In this document: positions 38,826 through 53,328 of the stretch, piece by piece
How positions within the stretch are numbered: the first letter of the stretch is position 1
Layout: every line of letters begins with the position of its first letter
NCBI GenBank assembly: GCA_977017645.1
Contig: OZ360237.1
Location: 29,884,001 to 29,948,000, forward strand
From: Torpedo marmorata
Taxonomy: Eukaryota
Direction of reading: 5' to 3'
DNA length: 64,000 bases
Position numbers and translations under genes: made by a program
The notes under the pieces: model-generated
The model's input: the letters and a program-made list of their open reading frames with translations, nothing else
The model's database searches: none
What the model was told of the DNA's origin: nothing

Positions 38826-40132
38826 AGGTTTTCCTTCAGCAAATGGTTAAACATTTTGCAGAAAGTTCATTCCAGAGAAATATCTAGACACTTTTGGTGG
38901 ATAATGCCACATGATGATTTTGTATAAAATGAATTGCAGCATATGTTTTTGAAGAATATTTCTCTAACTCTATCTGAATTGAATGATCCAAATTTAAAAC
39001 AGAATCAAAAGACCAATTAATTAGATCTGTGAAGTGAACAATAGTGAACATATTTAAAGAGTGAACTTGGACAACACAAGTGGTGGAATGATGAGCACCT
39101 CTTAATTCCGGGAACTTGGATTTGCTTCTGATCTTCAGTGCTGTCAATGTGGAGCTTGCATCGTTTCCTCCTATCACCCAAAGACATGCAAGTTGGTAGG
39201 TCAATTGGCCACTGTAAACTGTTCCTATAGAGTGTGGGTGAGTGTTAGAGTCTGGGAGGGGGTGATGTTGATAGGAATGTGGGGAGAATAAAGTGGGATT
39301 TATGTGAATGGGTGCTTGTTGATCAGCAGACACTTGGTGGGACAAAGGTTTTTTTTGTGCCTCATGACTCTGTGGTGCTTATTTTATAAACATTCTGCTA
39401 AACTTATTTCTTTCTAAATTCATATACACAGAGTTCTTGTGATCCGCTTTAATCATATTTTTTAATTACAAAATACTCTAACAAGATTTTGACATGCAAT
39501 TACTAAAGAAAATTGTGCTGAGGTATGAGTTCATGGATTTGCCACTCATCTGAAATATTCCCCATTTTAATCAAATGTATAGGTAGCCATCAAACCATAG
39601 TTATTAAACTTTTCCAGGATAGGCGATGATTTGATTGATAGTTGAGTCCCAGGGTTAGCAGTCAGGATAAACAGCTTTTTTTTTTGTTCAGGCGGCAACT
39701 ATTTTATTAAATTATTGGAGCAGGTGGGCTGTCTGACATGCCCAGAATGATAACAGAGACTATTTTAGAAGTGGCATGTACAGAATGGACACAGAATTTA
39801 AACAGCAAATCCCAATTAAATTCCTGAAGCTCAAGATTAGCAATTTTTGCAGCTATAAACAGAAAGAATCAAAGTGGAAAACATTGCCCAAATTTTCAGA
39901 TTAAGCAAGATTAAAATCACTTTAGTTGAATAAACAAATGGAAATAGCCTTAATGGTACATGTTTATGTAAAACAGTGTTTGAGAAAAATGTGAGGATTT
40001 CATATAAAATGGTTTAAGTTAATTGCATGCAGTTATTAAAATACCCATCAGAACTTTATTTTCCAGTGATATAAATAAACTACGCTCTTACTCTAATATA
40101 TGACTGATACTTGTCAAGATGGACTTGATGCC

Positions 40133-40231
40133 TAACACTCATCTTATTGCACTTTAACTTAACACTCATCTTATTGCACTTTAACTTAACACTCATCTTA
40201 TTGCACTTTAACTTAACACTCATCTTATTGC
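40133..40231. repeat. Perfect 27-bp tandem repeat (~3.7 copies)
   Basis: Unit TAACACTCATCTTATTGCACTTTAACT. Confidence 0.95.
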
Positions 40232-42169
40232 CCTTCATAAATTGCTTTATTTTAAAGTTTTATTGTATAATTTGAGATGCCTATTAAACACTCAAGCACT
40301 ATTTTTACTTCACTGATATATAAATAAATTCATTGCCATAACAACAATTAGTTACATCGAAACAATCTCATTGAGATCATTGCATTTAATCACCAAGATA
40401 TAATCAAGGGGAAGAGCAACTAAGTCAATTAACAAAACAAGCCCTTACTTTTCTCTGAACCAAATTAATTCCTAAGGTTAACGATTACATTGAGAAAAGA
40501 ATGGCAAAGACAGATGGAATCAGGAGGAATTGAGAGCACTTCTTATATTGGTACTAAAACTGAACTGCATTACTTCTCTATCTCAATCTTAATTCCACTT
40601 GAAATTCCACTTTGAAACAAAAATGAAGGCATTGTTTTTCAGGTAAAATATAGTTTTACTACCCGTGCAAATTTTGTTTTAATAAACATTTTCAACAAAA
40701 TAATTTTATTTACTTTGGTGAATCCACAACCGACGGAGAGTATTCTAATAAACGGAGTTTTTCAGCTGCACAAGGTAAAAAAATATTAGCTTTTGCCACA
40801 ATATGAAAGTGGCAGCAATTTGAGGATTTCTACATGTAGTTTTATACAGAAATTGCTTAAGTCACTGTCAATAATTCACTTCCCTCCAAAGGTTACTAAC
40901 TTTTATTCAAGGGAAATCCTTGGAACTAGCAAGAACTTTAGGTACTATGAATTTGTTGTAAAATAGTTTGTTGGATGTCAAACTGAATTTTTACTGTAAT
41001 GCTAATCCACAATTACTACCAAGCAAACTCTATGGCCCTAAAGTTCTGTTTTTATCCGTAATTCTCATACATAAATATAATGGGCCACAATTTTACTCTT
41101 TTAAAAAACATATTTCAACTGCAACTTTAATTGTATTGTTCTAATCTTTAAGTGTGCAATTTGCTGAAATGTGTGCCTTTTCCTTCATAGTTCATGCTGT
41201 ATGAAAATTCTTTAAGGTAGTTGAGTGTTCAGCCAGCTTGATATCGCAGGTGCTGAACCAAAGATCATCTTTAACTAATACAGAACAGCAACCAATGTCA
41301 GGTCCATGGCACTGGGATCAGTGGATCATTCTGGGTAGCTCTCTTTTGGGTCAGAAACAAGCATTGTCACTTCATTGACCAACCATTATTCCATATTTTC
41401 TTTCAGTAGCATTCTTTGAAAAGTAGGGTCACCTGTAACTGAGAGACGTGGACAGTCTGATCACCTTAACATTGAAATAAAGGCTGTGTTTTATAAAAAG
41501 GAAGTTGGACATGAAGGTACACAAAATAGGAAAAAAAACCCCCAGGAACTAAGGATGCATGTGCAAAGTATCAATTTGAGATGCTGTGTTTATATTTCAG
41601 GTTTCCAGCATTCAGAGCATATTGAAAATTCTCATAGGTGAGACTGTACCTGTGGAGAGAGAGAAACAGAGGTAATGTTTCAGGTTGATAACATTTCTAA
41701 TGACCAGCTCTGATGAAAGGTTATTAACCTGAAACCTTGGCCAGTTCTAATGCGAGCACTCATGTCAGGAGTTCCCCATGGCAGGTGCAGACCTCCACAG
41801 CCTTCCCATTTGTCAGACTGTGAAGCCTGCATCAAGTTTAACCTGGAGTAGCTTCCTTCAAATAAATGGGATCAATCAGCTGCTAGCAGTAGAGTGAGAT
41901 CATTAATATTAAATCAAATAAGTTTAAATGAGTTTAGCCGATTGTTTTTGTTCAAAGTAAACGCATAGAAATCAGTGAATTATTATAGCTCCCCCTCACA
42001 TACTAAACAGTCAGATTTTTTGATGTTCATTTTAAGGCTCAAAGGAAAAAAAATTAAAAATCCAGCATGGGAGTAGCTAAAAATATATATTTTTTAAAAT
42101 TTGCAATTACATATAAAATGTATGTTTCTGACAGATTCAAATTCCTATTGAATGATTGTGATGTAATAA

Positions 42170-43853
42170 TCCACTCATTCCTTCCCATTAATCGCCCCCT
42201 TGCCACCTTGCCCCATGGCCGCAGGAAGTGACACACTTGCGCCCACACTTCCTCCCTCAGCACCATTTGGGGCCACAAACAATCCTTCCAAGTGAAGCAA
42301 CACTTCACTTGTGAAGTTAAAAACACAATACTGGAGAAACTCAGCAGGTCAAACAGTGTCTTTTATATAGCAAAGATAAAAATAGATAACCGATGTTTCG
42401 GGCTCAAGTTCTTCATCAATGGTATGGAAAAATGTCGTCAGGCGCCCGAATAAAAAGGTAAGGGGGGCGGCGTAGGGGGAGGAGCATGGTAGCAAAGGCA
42501 GGAGGTAATAGGTGGAGAAGGGAGGGTGGGCACAGCAGTAAGCAAGGGGCGGAGGGATGGCTAGGTGAATAGAGAGGGAAGGGGGTGGAGTGAAGCAACA
42601 TTTCACTTGTGATTCCGCAGGATTGATTTACTGCATCCGGTGCTCCCTTTGTGGCCTTCTCTTCATCAGAGGGACTGGGCGCAGACTGGGAGATCGCTTC
42701 ATTTTCTCTGTCCGTACCAGTGACAGGGATCTTCCAGTGGCCTACCATTTCGATTCTACGTCCCACTTCCATACCCGCATGTCTATCCATGGCCTCGTGT
42801 ACTATCCCACCAAGATCACCTGTAAATTGGAGGAACAACACCTGATTTTCCGTCTGGGCACTCTCCAGCCGGATGGCATTGACATCGATTTTTCCAGTTT
42901 CTGCTAACTTGCTCTCCCTCCCTCCCCTTCCCTTTGTCTTCTTTCCCTCAGCTCTCCACCCCCTTTCCTCTCTATTCACCTAGCCATCCCTCCTCCCCTT
43001 GCTTACTGCTGTGCCCCCCTCCCTTCTCCACCTATTACTTCCTGCCTTTACGACCACACCTCCCCCTTTACCCTTTTATTCGGATGCCTGCTGACATTTT
43101 TCCGTACCTTGATGATGGGCTCAAGCCCGAAACGTTATGTATCTTTATCTTTGCTATATAAAAGACACTGTTTGACCTGCTGAGCTTCTCCAGCATTGTT
43201 TTTAAATCAACCATGGTGTCTGCAGACTTTCGTGTTTTACTTCACTTGTGAATCTGCCAGAGTCATCTACTGCATCCGGTGCCCCTGTTGTGGCCTTCTC
43301 TACATTGTAGACTGGGAGATTGCTTCGCTGAGTACATTTGCTCTGTCCGCATCAATGACAGGGATCTCCCAGTGGCCAACCATTTCAATTCTGCGCCCCA
43401 CTCCCGTGCCGACACGTCTTTCCATGGCCTCATGCAACACCAAACCAAGGCCACCCATAAATTGGAGGAGCAACACCTAATATTCTGTATGGGCACTCTC
43501 CAACTAGATGGCATTAACCAATTTCTCTGGTTTTTGCTAGACCACTCCCCGTTCTCCCTCTCTTCCCTATCCCTCTGTCTCCTTTGCTCCAGCTCTCCAC
43601 CCCCTTCCCTCTCAATTCACACAGCTATCTCCCCTCCTCCTGTTTGCTGGTGTGCCCTCCCTCCCTTCTCCTACCTTGGGCCTGTGCTCCTCCCCCTGCC
43701 TTTCCTCCTAACATTTTATTCAGGCACCTGCCCACATTTTGCTTATTCCTTGATGAAGGGCTCAGGCCCGAAACATTGATTATGTATCTTTATCTTTGCT
43801 ATATAAAGTACGCCGTTATGGCCTGATGAGTTTCTCCAGCATTGTGTCTTTAC
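42170..43853 (+). mobile_element. Two nested Penelope-like retroelement 3' fragments with GIY-YIG endonuclease remnants
   Basis: Translations FTCESARVIYCIRCPCCGLLYI, RRLGDRF, LPVANHFNSAPHS and KLEEQHLIFRLGTLQPDGI. The inner copy (42316-43238) has an inverted pLTR and a 14-bp TSD ACTTCACTTGTGAA. Confidence 0.85.
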
Positions 43854-46834
43854 TGCCATGCCAATACGTTGGAGGCCAGGTTTCCCACAGATGACTCAAC
43901 AGGGGAGCAAATTGGAATTAGTAGCACAGCATTGGAAAAGGCAGGGGAATGGAAAAGTTGTCTCATTATGCTTCTCTCTGTACAGATACTGCTTGACCTG
44001 AGTTTTCAAAATAGACTGTTCCAATTAAAAATTGGTCAACTATACTGAAAATTAAGCTCTGTCAGGCAAATTTCATATCTTGTCTTTAAGCAATGGACAG
44101 ATACAATTAGCTGGATATTTTACTTTCCTTTGAACCTGAAAATGAGCATCAAAAATTCTGATTGACCAGAATGTAAGGGGCAGCTATAATAATAATTCAT
44201 TTATTTTCATGTCAGGTGTGAATAATCCACATACCGTGTATTCTTGAAAAGGTGTTGATTTGCATCAGAAATAAATTAGATATCTCAAAATAACTCTAAA
44301 TCATATTTCCCAGCAGAGAGAACATAATGTGCCCCTGTCCTTGACCAAATTATTTCTTCCGATTACATTGAACATATTTTCTTTTCTTTAATGCTACTTG
44401 TTCCAGCCTGAACAAAATTCTTGACTTTAACACAGCATGTCATTTGTACTATTCTGTTTGTTGCCTCTGTTTTAATTGTCATCATTTAATAACCTCCAAC
44501 ACATATTAATCACTTTTCCATTTGGTAAACACAACAGTGGCTTGGAAAAGTAAACTAATTTTTTAAATTGGTGAATCGCATCTCTCAACTGCGCTTAAAA
44601 TTGTACAATAACTTGTGAAGACCATTGTCTAATTGGTTAATAGAACTTACCTGAATTTTCTTCACATACAATACTAAATTGGTCATTTCTACCTACTTTT
44701 TCATGCAAACTGCAGAACTAAAACAAAATAACCAAAACTTCCATCATCAACTTTAATCTCCCAATTTTACTACTTCTAATCAGATTTCTAGGTTCCAAAC
44801 AATTTGGATCTTGAAAATTTAAACATTAGGTTGAATCATGTTTGATCAAACTGATTGCTGAGGATGATCACCCATGAACTCACCTGGGCCAGATGTACAT
44901 GGTTGATGAGGTGGTAAACTGCATTGAAGATGTCCTGCCCTAAAACACTCCCACAGACTTCCACAGAAGGAAAAGCTGGAAGCAGATGTTTGTTTGCTTC
45001 CTGTCAAAGCTGTCAGGAATGTCAATGATATGCAGTGATATTTAAACAAGTGTTATAATTGAAATAATTTTAATAAAATTATGTAGCTAATTGAAAGAAA
45101 AGCTCAGATCCAATTCAAAATATCCAAATAAAATAGCATGGACCTCCAATCCTATGCTTGGTCTAATCTCATACAGGAACTGTGTGAAAATCTTTCAACT
45201 TCCTTCTCTTACTCTCCATGTGATAGACAACAGAGGCAGGTGTGGTGCAATTTGAAATTAAGTTTTGAATGTCTTCATTAAACAATTTGTGAGTAAATGT
45301 TCAATTCTTACTGAAGTTTAAATAGCCCAGAATTGCTGACTTCAGCCAGCAAAATGTTGTCACACTGGGCGATACATCCAAAAGCAGTTATTAACTGATT
45401 ACTGAAGTATTTGACAGAAATGTTTAGAAGAGTAGCAAACTAACAATGTGGTTCTATTATGCATTACAGAATCAAGGCAGACGAGTTATGGCACAGGTTA
45501 GCCACAATCTAATTGAATGGCCTCATGGAGTTGAATGACTTATTGATAACATGCCAGTCACAGCAGGATTTTTCAATGCTTGTTCCAGAAAATCAATACT
45601 TTGCCTATGTAACCTTTTCATTTCCATTGCTGAGAATACCAAGGCCAATTTTTGTTCACAAACTCTCCAACTTTTTCCTCATGAAAGCTAGATCGCAGAG
45701 TGCTTTCTATAAATACTATTTAACTCTTGGACTACAAATTGAATACAGCCAAGACTATGATGAAGCAGCACTCTTCTGTAGTTTCTCTGAAAAAAATACA
45801 TACATTCTAACAATTGGATATGATGTAATCCCAGTTAATAAAATACTTCAAAAGCAGATTGTACATGGGGACTCCATATTACAATTTAGACTAAGAAACA
45901 TTACATAATTAAAAATACTTTTATTTATTCAGGTTCTTTCACATTTATTTCAGGACATCGCAAAGTGCTTTACAGTCAAAATAATTTTGCAGAATTAGGG
46001 TAGAAAGACATCATCCCTTAATACTGACCAAGTTCCAATGAAAGTGAATTGAAGGCGGTCATTACTCTGGCAAATTGACAAAACTTCAGGCATTTCCACA
46101 CATACACAATTAAATGCATAATTACAGTATTTGTTGGCAGTAGTAACTTGTTACTTCAGGCAATGTTGCAGTTTTCACTGAGTAAATTAGCAACATGACT
46201 TGTTGGAATAACTATTGAAAATGGTCATCCTGTTGAGGCTAAATTTAAGATGAACTACAATCACTGTTGATAAAACCTGTCTGGCCCTGAAAATACTAAT
46301 TTTATATGTACGGTCTCATTTTTTTCAGAGTAATTTAATGAAAATTTCATCTACTTTAATTATTTTCCCTTAAGTTTTGCACTTTCATATTTCATCTTTA
46401 ATTATGCATATCAGGCTGTATTTATTTGGTTCCATTCAAAAGACATAAGATAAAAATTTTAACATTGTAACATGTTACTTTGATGCATATCAAAATTCTT
46501 CCGTTTGATTGGCTACTCATTCAGCTGAATAACATCACTTAATACCAACTACAGAAGGTGACAGACATCAACTTACGTATGTAAAGGAGAGATCCATGCC
46601 ATAAGGCCTGTTGTTGGCAAGGTTATAAAGTGGGATCTGTTCTTTTAATGCTGACCGTAAAATGCATATTTAGGATAGCAGTTGCCTTTCAAAACAAAGT
46701 TAAAAATTTGAAAATAATTCAGCATTTTTGAAGACCAAACAAACTTTAAGCAGTGAATTTTTCCTGTTTTCAAAATATTGCACAACTATCTGTACCAATA
46801 TGATATTTAATAATGAAATAATTAAAAAATTAAT

Positions 46835-47712
46835 GAAGGCAAATCGAATGTTGGCCTTCATTGCTCGAGGGATTGAATTTAGGAGCAGGGAGGTTATGCT
46901 GCAACTATATAAGTACTAGTGAGGCCGCATCTGGAGTACTGCGTGCAGTTCTGGTCTCCTTACTTTAGGAACGATGTACTGTACTGGCTTTGGAGGCAAT
47001 GCAAAGGAGGTTCACCAGGTTGATTCGAGATGAGGGGGTTATCTTATGAGGACAGATTGAGCCGTCTGGGACTGTACTCACTGGAATTTAGAAGAATGAG
47101 AGGGGTTCATAAGAATGTATAAAATTATGAAAGGAATAATAATTCCTTTCCGTGGGCGGCACGGTTGGCGTAGCGGTTAGCGCAACGCCTTTACAGCGCC
47201 AGCAATCGGGACCGGGGTTCGAATCCCGCGCTGTCTGTAAGGTTTCCTCCCACCGTTTGAAACGTACCAGGGATTGTAGGTTAATTGGTTGTAAATTGGG
47301 CGACACGGACTCATGGGCTAAAATAGCGTGTTACCGTGCTGTATGGTTAAATTTAAAAATTAAATTTAAATTTAAAATAAAAAAAAGAATAGATAAGTTG
47401 TTTCCATTGATGGGGGAGGCTAGAACTGGGGACATAGCCTCAGGATTCAGGGTAGTAGATTTAGGACGGAGATAAAACGGAGATAAGGAGGAACTGCTTT
47501 TCTCATAGGGTGGTGAATCTATGGAATCCGTTGCCCATTGAAGCAGTGGAGTCTACCTCAGTAAATATATTTAAGACAAGGTTGGATAGATTTTTACCTG
47601 GTAGGGGAATTAAGGGATATGGGGAAAAGGCAGATAGGTGGAGATGAGCCTATCATCATGATCTCATTGAATGGCGGAGCAGGCCCTACTCCTGCTTCTA
47701 TTTCTTGTGTTC
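46835..47712 (+). mobile_element. CR1-type LINE 3' fragment interrupted by a SINE
   Basis: KANRMLAFIARGIEFRSREVMLQLYK and [14 protein letters not shown] motifs; ends about 80 bp before ALX4 exon 4. Confidence 0.85.
47152..47385 (+). mobile_element. tRNA-derived SINE (V-SINE/HE1-like)
   Basis: A-box TGGCGTAGCGG, B-box GGTTCGAATCC, GGTTAATTGG core, (TAAATT)n tail; CpG-rich, so probably young. Confidence 0.85.
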
Positions 47713-47792
47713 TTGTGAAGCAAAATAACTAGAAAATAAGAATATAATTAGAATATGTTGATTAACACTTGGCCTGTTCATTTCCCTTCCAG

Positions 47793-48110
47793 ATTCAAAA
47801 TCCATCCTGGATTGGTAACAATGGTGCCTCCTCTCCAGTGCCAGCCTGTGTAGTGCCCTGTGAAACAGTAACGTCTTGCATGTCCCCACATGCACATGCT
47901 CCAGCTGGGGTGTCTGACTTCCTGGGTGTTTCTGCTCCTGGTAGCCATGTAGGACAGGCACATATGGGTGGTCTCTTTGGCACTGCTGGGCTCGGGGCTG
48001 CTATCAACACGTTCGACATCAGCAATGAACCAGATCGAAAATCATCCAGCATTGCAGCCTTAAGAATGAAAGCCAAGGAGCACAGTGCTGCAATATCTTG
48101 GGCTACATGA
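47793..48110 (+). CDS. ALX4: ALX4 terminal coding exon 4 with OAR/aristaless domain
   Basis: Acceptor tttcccttccag; [23 protein letters not shown]...[25 protein letters not shown] then TGA, the typical ALX4 C-terminus. Confidence 0.97.
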   Translation: MQNPSWIGNNGASSPVPACVVPCETVTSCMSPHAHAPAGVSDFLGVSAPGSHVGQAHMGGLFGTAGLGAAINTFDISNEPDRKSSSIAALRMKAKEHSAAISWAT

Positions 48111-49600
48111 TTGACTCAATGTTGCATATTCAAACACTGAAAATAATACATTACATTATGCTGGACTAAAAACAACAGAACATGGAGATTTATATGCAGC
48201 ACTTTTCCTATTGTAGGTTGGTAGGATTAGAAAGGTTTACTTCTATTTAGAAATATTTATATTATACCTTTTGCTGTACAAGAGCTACCCTGTAAACTAT
48301 TCAAAAAAAAGTTTCATTTGAAAGTGAAATTCTATTTAGTTTTAACTAAGCTTGGAAAAAAAAGCAATGCACAAGAGAAAATTAATTCTGCAATTAGAAT
48401 TCAAATTTCAGAGGGAAGAGCTCTTCCTTTTTTGAAGGAGGTGTATCTAAGTATGTTCATGATGAGGATGAAACCTGAAGCATATTAAAAAGGACTGTTT
48501 TCTAAAATAAACAAGCCAATTCAAATGATTCTCCTGCTGAATAGTTTAACAAGAATTGTTCTGAGACGACCGTAAACAAGATAAATTAAACCCATCCAGA
48601 CTGAAGAACCAATGAATTGACCAGTGAGAAAAACTGTTTGCTCTACATTGAGTGGATTTGAATTAATTCATTAGACTCTGATGATCTTTGCAACTTGTAA
48701 ATCTATCAATTTATTCAAATTGAATTTAGAAAAATGTTTCCATTTACAAACTGTAAAGGATTTCCTTCTTGCCACATTGTTTTAAGTCCTGTTTATGACA
48801 GGGTCCTCAGTATCACGCTATATTCTCTCTTAATTTCTTCACCCACTACCACTCCAGATGTATGGGTTTGTTTAACTTTAATAAATCATTTTAATAAAAC
48901 AAACTGGATAGAAAATTTAAATTGTTAATTCTGTAAAACAACATTTACTTGATTTAAAAGCATTAAAAAACCGATGTGACTAGTCCTAGGCACTGACCTA
49001 TAGTAGAAACAGTAGTTTAAGATCTTGCAAAGTTTACACAATTTAAAAAAGGCAAAACGTCTTACAACAAAACAAAAAAGAAAGTTCTATAGTGTACTGT
49101 GCTAACATACCAAAAGTGAAATGTTATAGTTTTAAATGTAATGATCTTTTGCAACAATCACGCCCATTGCTATTACTTATACTACTGAAGCAGAAGGTTG
49201 AAGTTCAGAGTAATATATCTGTTTGGGTGTGTTGTGTACTTTTGCCAAAATAAAGTCTTGAGACTATTACTGTTATAATTTGTTGTAAAATATTTTAACC
49301 TTGTAAACTCCTTTAGCTTTAATTGCCTTGTTTTAAATATAATAGTAGCAAAGGGTGCAATTAGATTACGTTCAATAAAACGTGTTTCTGCATCCAAAGT
49401 AGTGTTTATTACTATGAGAATTTAGCAAACTCATAATTTGCCTGTGTTATATTGTTTTATGAATAAGTTATTGCACTTGGTACCATGTTTTGCATATGTA
49501 ATTTCTTAGGAAACTGTAAGAGTGGGTCAGGATGGTGTGTATTGTTGTGACAGGTATAATCAATAACCCAATAAAAATGTCTTTTTCCTACTGAAAAGAA
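48111..49600 (+). other. ALX4: Probable ALX4 3' UTR with several candidate poly(A) signals
   Basis: AT-rich and free of recognisable repeats; AATAAA near 48893, 49248, 49374 and 49570. The true end cannot be fixed from sequence alone. Confidence 0.5.
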
Positions 49601-52027
49601 GAGCATTTTATTTGTCAGGAATGGTGATGAAATGTGCTAATGATAGACAAGATCATACATTAATTGGAGTGGATAAAAATACCAACACTGCCCTTCTGAA
49701 CTGCTGACAGAGTACAGAGAGGATTACTGAAACTTGTGTTAACAACAGGTGTCAGAAGATGTACACAGTAACCCTGAATGCAGTCACCTTATAAAAACAG
49801 GCCATCTTCAAAGAAAGTTAAACTTAGGAACCAACATCTATTAATATTTCTTCTCCATTTTCTAATCTTTTAAACAAATATTTGATAGAACTGATGTCTT
49901 CAGCAATTTAATGATTAAATTGAGATTCAACTTTGACAGCAAAATGACAAGTTAATATGGAATTAAGCTTTTATCATTTACTTTTTTTGATGTCAGGTAA
50001 TTTCTTTTTTATGTGTCTGCTGAGGTAATAATAGCGTGTAACAACTAAATGGGTTCACTTGAAATAATCATATAGACTACTGGTACACCATTGCTGCAAT
50101 GTATCCCATCTCCAGAGTGTAATGTAGCAGCTCACCAAGGCTTTTCTGACAGTATCCTAATCTTGAAATTTTCACTAAGCACAAGGACAAGGTATAGAAG
50201 GACTAGCAGCGCCTCTTAGTTTCTCATCTCAACAATGAATAACTTTGCTGTTCCATCATTGTCATAATCCTGCACCTCCCAACTTCACTGAAACTGTCAT
50301 GGCAGTTCTTCACGACCTCAATTAATTAGATGGATAATAAATGCAAGCCTTGCCAGTGATGCCCTCGTCCCACCAATGAATACAACATAACACATTAGAT
50401 TTGAATTAGAGCCTTGTAATTACCGTAGCTTAAATGCATCCATTTATCACAGGACTAACAATGACTGAGACAATGACTTAGGGCAATAGTAAATTAATTT
50501 ATTCAAATGATTCACAGCTGTCCACCCAAAGGCAGACACAAGATAGTTTTTGCTTATGAGATAGAAACCAGCAATTTATGTATGACAGACAAGCAGCAGT
50601 CACAAATAACAAAGTACAATAAAATTACAATGACATTCAACAAAAATAAACATTAAAATAGAAACTCAAATAGGGGACCATATTGGAAACAAAACAGCCT
50701 TCATGATTACACATACAGGAGAAAAAAATGTTTTGTGGAGATCTAATATATAACTTTAGGATTTGATGAGTTCACATTCTTACTGCATGTATTCATTTCC
50801 AAAGGACATATACTTAATACCGGTATATCATCTGATATTTGTAAATAGCAAACAAATCACAATTATAATCCTCTAATATTTATTATTAAACAAGAAATGT
50901 ATGAGAGTTGAATTGTTTTTGACTTTATGACACATCTTATTTGCAACAGGAGAACATTGTTCAGCCCCCAAGTTTGCCATTCCAGGCAAGTGGCAGGTTC
51001 AGTTGTACATTCCACATGGGCAACATCATCAGTATTTTCATTTGAAGATGGGATTAAATAATTTTTTCATAAATTAGATCTGATGAGAAGAGCCAGTAGA
51101 CCAATTTTAGTTCACGACTAACAAACCCATAGTTTCTCCATCACAATTTGTTCCCTCCACTACCCTACCCAAAAGCACTATTCCATGATTTCTAAATAGA
51201 CAGAAATATTACCTGTGGTACATTTACATTTTATTTGTCTGAGTCAGTGACTAGAAGTGCAGTACCAATCCTTACACTATTAAGTTCTAAAACACTTTTT
51301 TCAGTCAGCAACTGTGGTTATAAATGGAGAATATTTTATGCTTTTGTGTTGTTTATAAAGCTTAGGGCTATAGTTAATGCGCTCAATGCATTATCCTGCA
51401 AAATTTTAGTTTTCTGTTTTAAATAGAATAGCTGGATTGTATACTGGTTCAAAATTTGGGATTTTTTTCCTTAATACATAATCCCCTAAAATTTAAAATT
51501 ACATTTCTCTCTAACCCTAAAATGTCAACTCTTGCTTGGCTACAATTGTGCCAACAGGCCTTCAAAAAAAGCAGTAGCTATCAGGCTTTCACACTTAATT
51601 ATAGACAAGAGCCCGGAGGCCATTCAAACCGGGTATGCTTGACCTCAAGTAGAAAGCAATATTAATGTGAATCCCCTATCCTTGTATGGATGAACTGTGA
51701 TGCCCAATCTGATGTTGGCAAAAAAAACAACTAACATTAAACAAAATAGGAATTAAAATTACAACTATTTGTGTTACACAGGTTGGTAACCTTCTGAGAC
51801 ATTGGGGAATGTAGCAATCTATTGTCAGGAGTTGAATGTTTATCCTTGGAGTTGCCTCTCAGTCATTATGCAGGCACCTTAATGCTAGTCACTGACAGTG
51901 GGATAGCATTACCAACTAACAAAAGTTACCTGATCGAAGAATAGCATTCACATTGCCAGAATGTAAAATACCATTTGGACTCTATCTTTTGACCCTTATC
52001 ATGCACGGTACTGATGATATTGCTCTT

Positions 52028-52201
52028 TTTTTTAAAATAATTTTATTTAACTTTTAAAATCACAAAATACATAAATCAAAAATAGTATATCATTCAAAAT
52101 ACATGTGATATATTACCTCCCCCCCTCCCACCCTCCCCTCCCCAACCCTCCCACACTATTCTAATAAAAAAAAAAGAAGAGAAAAAAAAAAAAGTATTAT
52201 A
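52028..52201 (-). mobile_element. Severely truncated L1-type 3' end
   Basis: 16-bp TSD TGATGATATTGCTCTT (52012-27, 52202-17); T-tract at the left end and a C-rich tract (G-rich on minus). Confidence 0.8.
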
Positions 52202-52819
52202 TGATGATATTGCTCTTACTTTGCTTTCAATCATCAATCACCTCCAAAGAACTGTAATGATCATTTCTTTTTACAGAAGCATTTTCTGCCTTTACAGACA
52301 TGGTAACCAAGGGGGGAAAAACCTAGTCTTTACTAGCTGGATCACAGCTTAGAAACGACTGCAGAAAAATCACTGGGATTAAATAATTAATAGTTGGATT
52401 TTGTAGTGTTAAAATGGAATAAAGCAGCTGTTGGAAAATATTTCAGTATAAATGGCTCTGCAATTCTTGAACATTCTTGGTTTCTATCAATAATATCTAT
52501 AACTAGCATCAATTAAAAAAAAATATTATAACCGGACTGTGGTTCAACAGACAGCCCTTTGGAAAGAAACAGGGATTTTAACAAACGTGCAAAAAGCTAC
52601 ACCACTTTAAAGCAGCTAGGTGTCGGTATTATCTCAAGAAGATATAATTACACCAAATGAATCATCTGAACACTTGAACTGGCTAAATCCCAGATTTGAT
52701 GAAGGATATACAATCCAGCAAAAATCATGAGTTTTTATACAAAGCTTTTGCGATTCAACTTACTAACACCAGTAGCAGGGGAGATACGCTTAACATGAGA
52801 TTCCTTGAGGGGTTTTTAT

Positions 52820-53041
52820 GCACAAAAACCGCGTTATCCCTGCTCACGTTACGGAAAAAAAGGCGAATTTACCTTTTATGCAGAGGACAGAAAAGGCGGA
52901 TCGCGCGGTCCTTTTACGCAGAGGAGATCCCCGAGCCGGCTTCTGAAGGTGAAGGAGGCGGGGCGTGTAGTGCAGTAGCGCCGCCCGCCACTGTGATGTG
53001 GAATATACGCGCCGGGAAGTGAAAGCGCCCTATACACAACA
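52820..53041 (+). promoter_or_regulatory. Small CpG island / TATA-less promoter-like region
   Basis: Dense CpG within CpG-poor AT-rich surroundings. GC boxes GGCGGGGCG (52957) and CCGCCC (52981), ETS-like CCGGGAAGTG (53012), YY1-like ACAATGGCG overlapping the ATG. Confidence 0.65.
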
Positions 53042-53328
53042 ATGGCGACTGAGGAGCAGATACGAGCGCTAGTGGAGATCTGTTCGAGCAGTCTTAGAAC
53101 TCCGGCAGATCTTCTGTGCATCGTAATCTCCTTTTTCACAGATGGGTACTTTAAAATTCGCGCTCTTGGGTCGCGGGTTGACGACGTCCTCAGCCCTCCC
53201 CCTTTCAGCGGCAATCCTTTTACGCAGGAGGTGGAGCGACTTCGCTCCACCTCTGACACTACCACCATTGGCGGAGGGAACCTGGATCGCGTTGGACCCG
53301 CCAATCCACCTTTGGACCTTTTATGCAG
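53042..53328 (+). CDS. Candidate first coding exon of an unannotated gene, weakly PI31/PSMF1-like
   Basis: ATG GCG start directly after promoter motifs; 95 open codons ending at a consensus donor CAG|GTAAGT (unspliced, it stops at 53332). N-terminus resembles FP-domain helices (D-L..h....GY) and contains IGGGNLDRVGP. Confidence 0.45.

Noticed and set aside
40133-40231. CRISPR-like array
   Set aside because: Head-to-tail repeat with no spacers, in eukaryotic DNA.
47160-47240. tRNA gene
   Set aside because: A and B boxes are present but continue into a SINE body and tail; no convincing cloverleaf.
13491-48110. ALX1/ALX3 identity for the homeobox gene
   Set aside because: Exon 2 sequence, the C-terminal HSAAISWAT and adjacency to EXT2 all point to ALX4.
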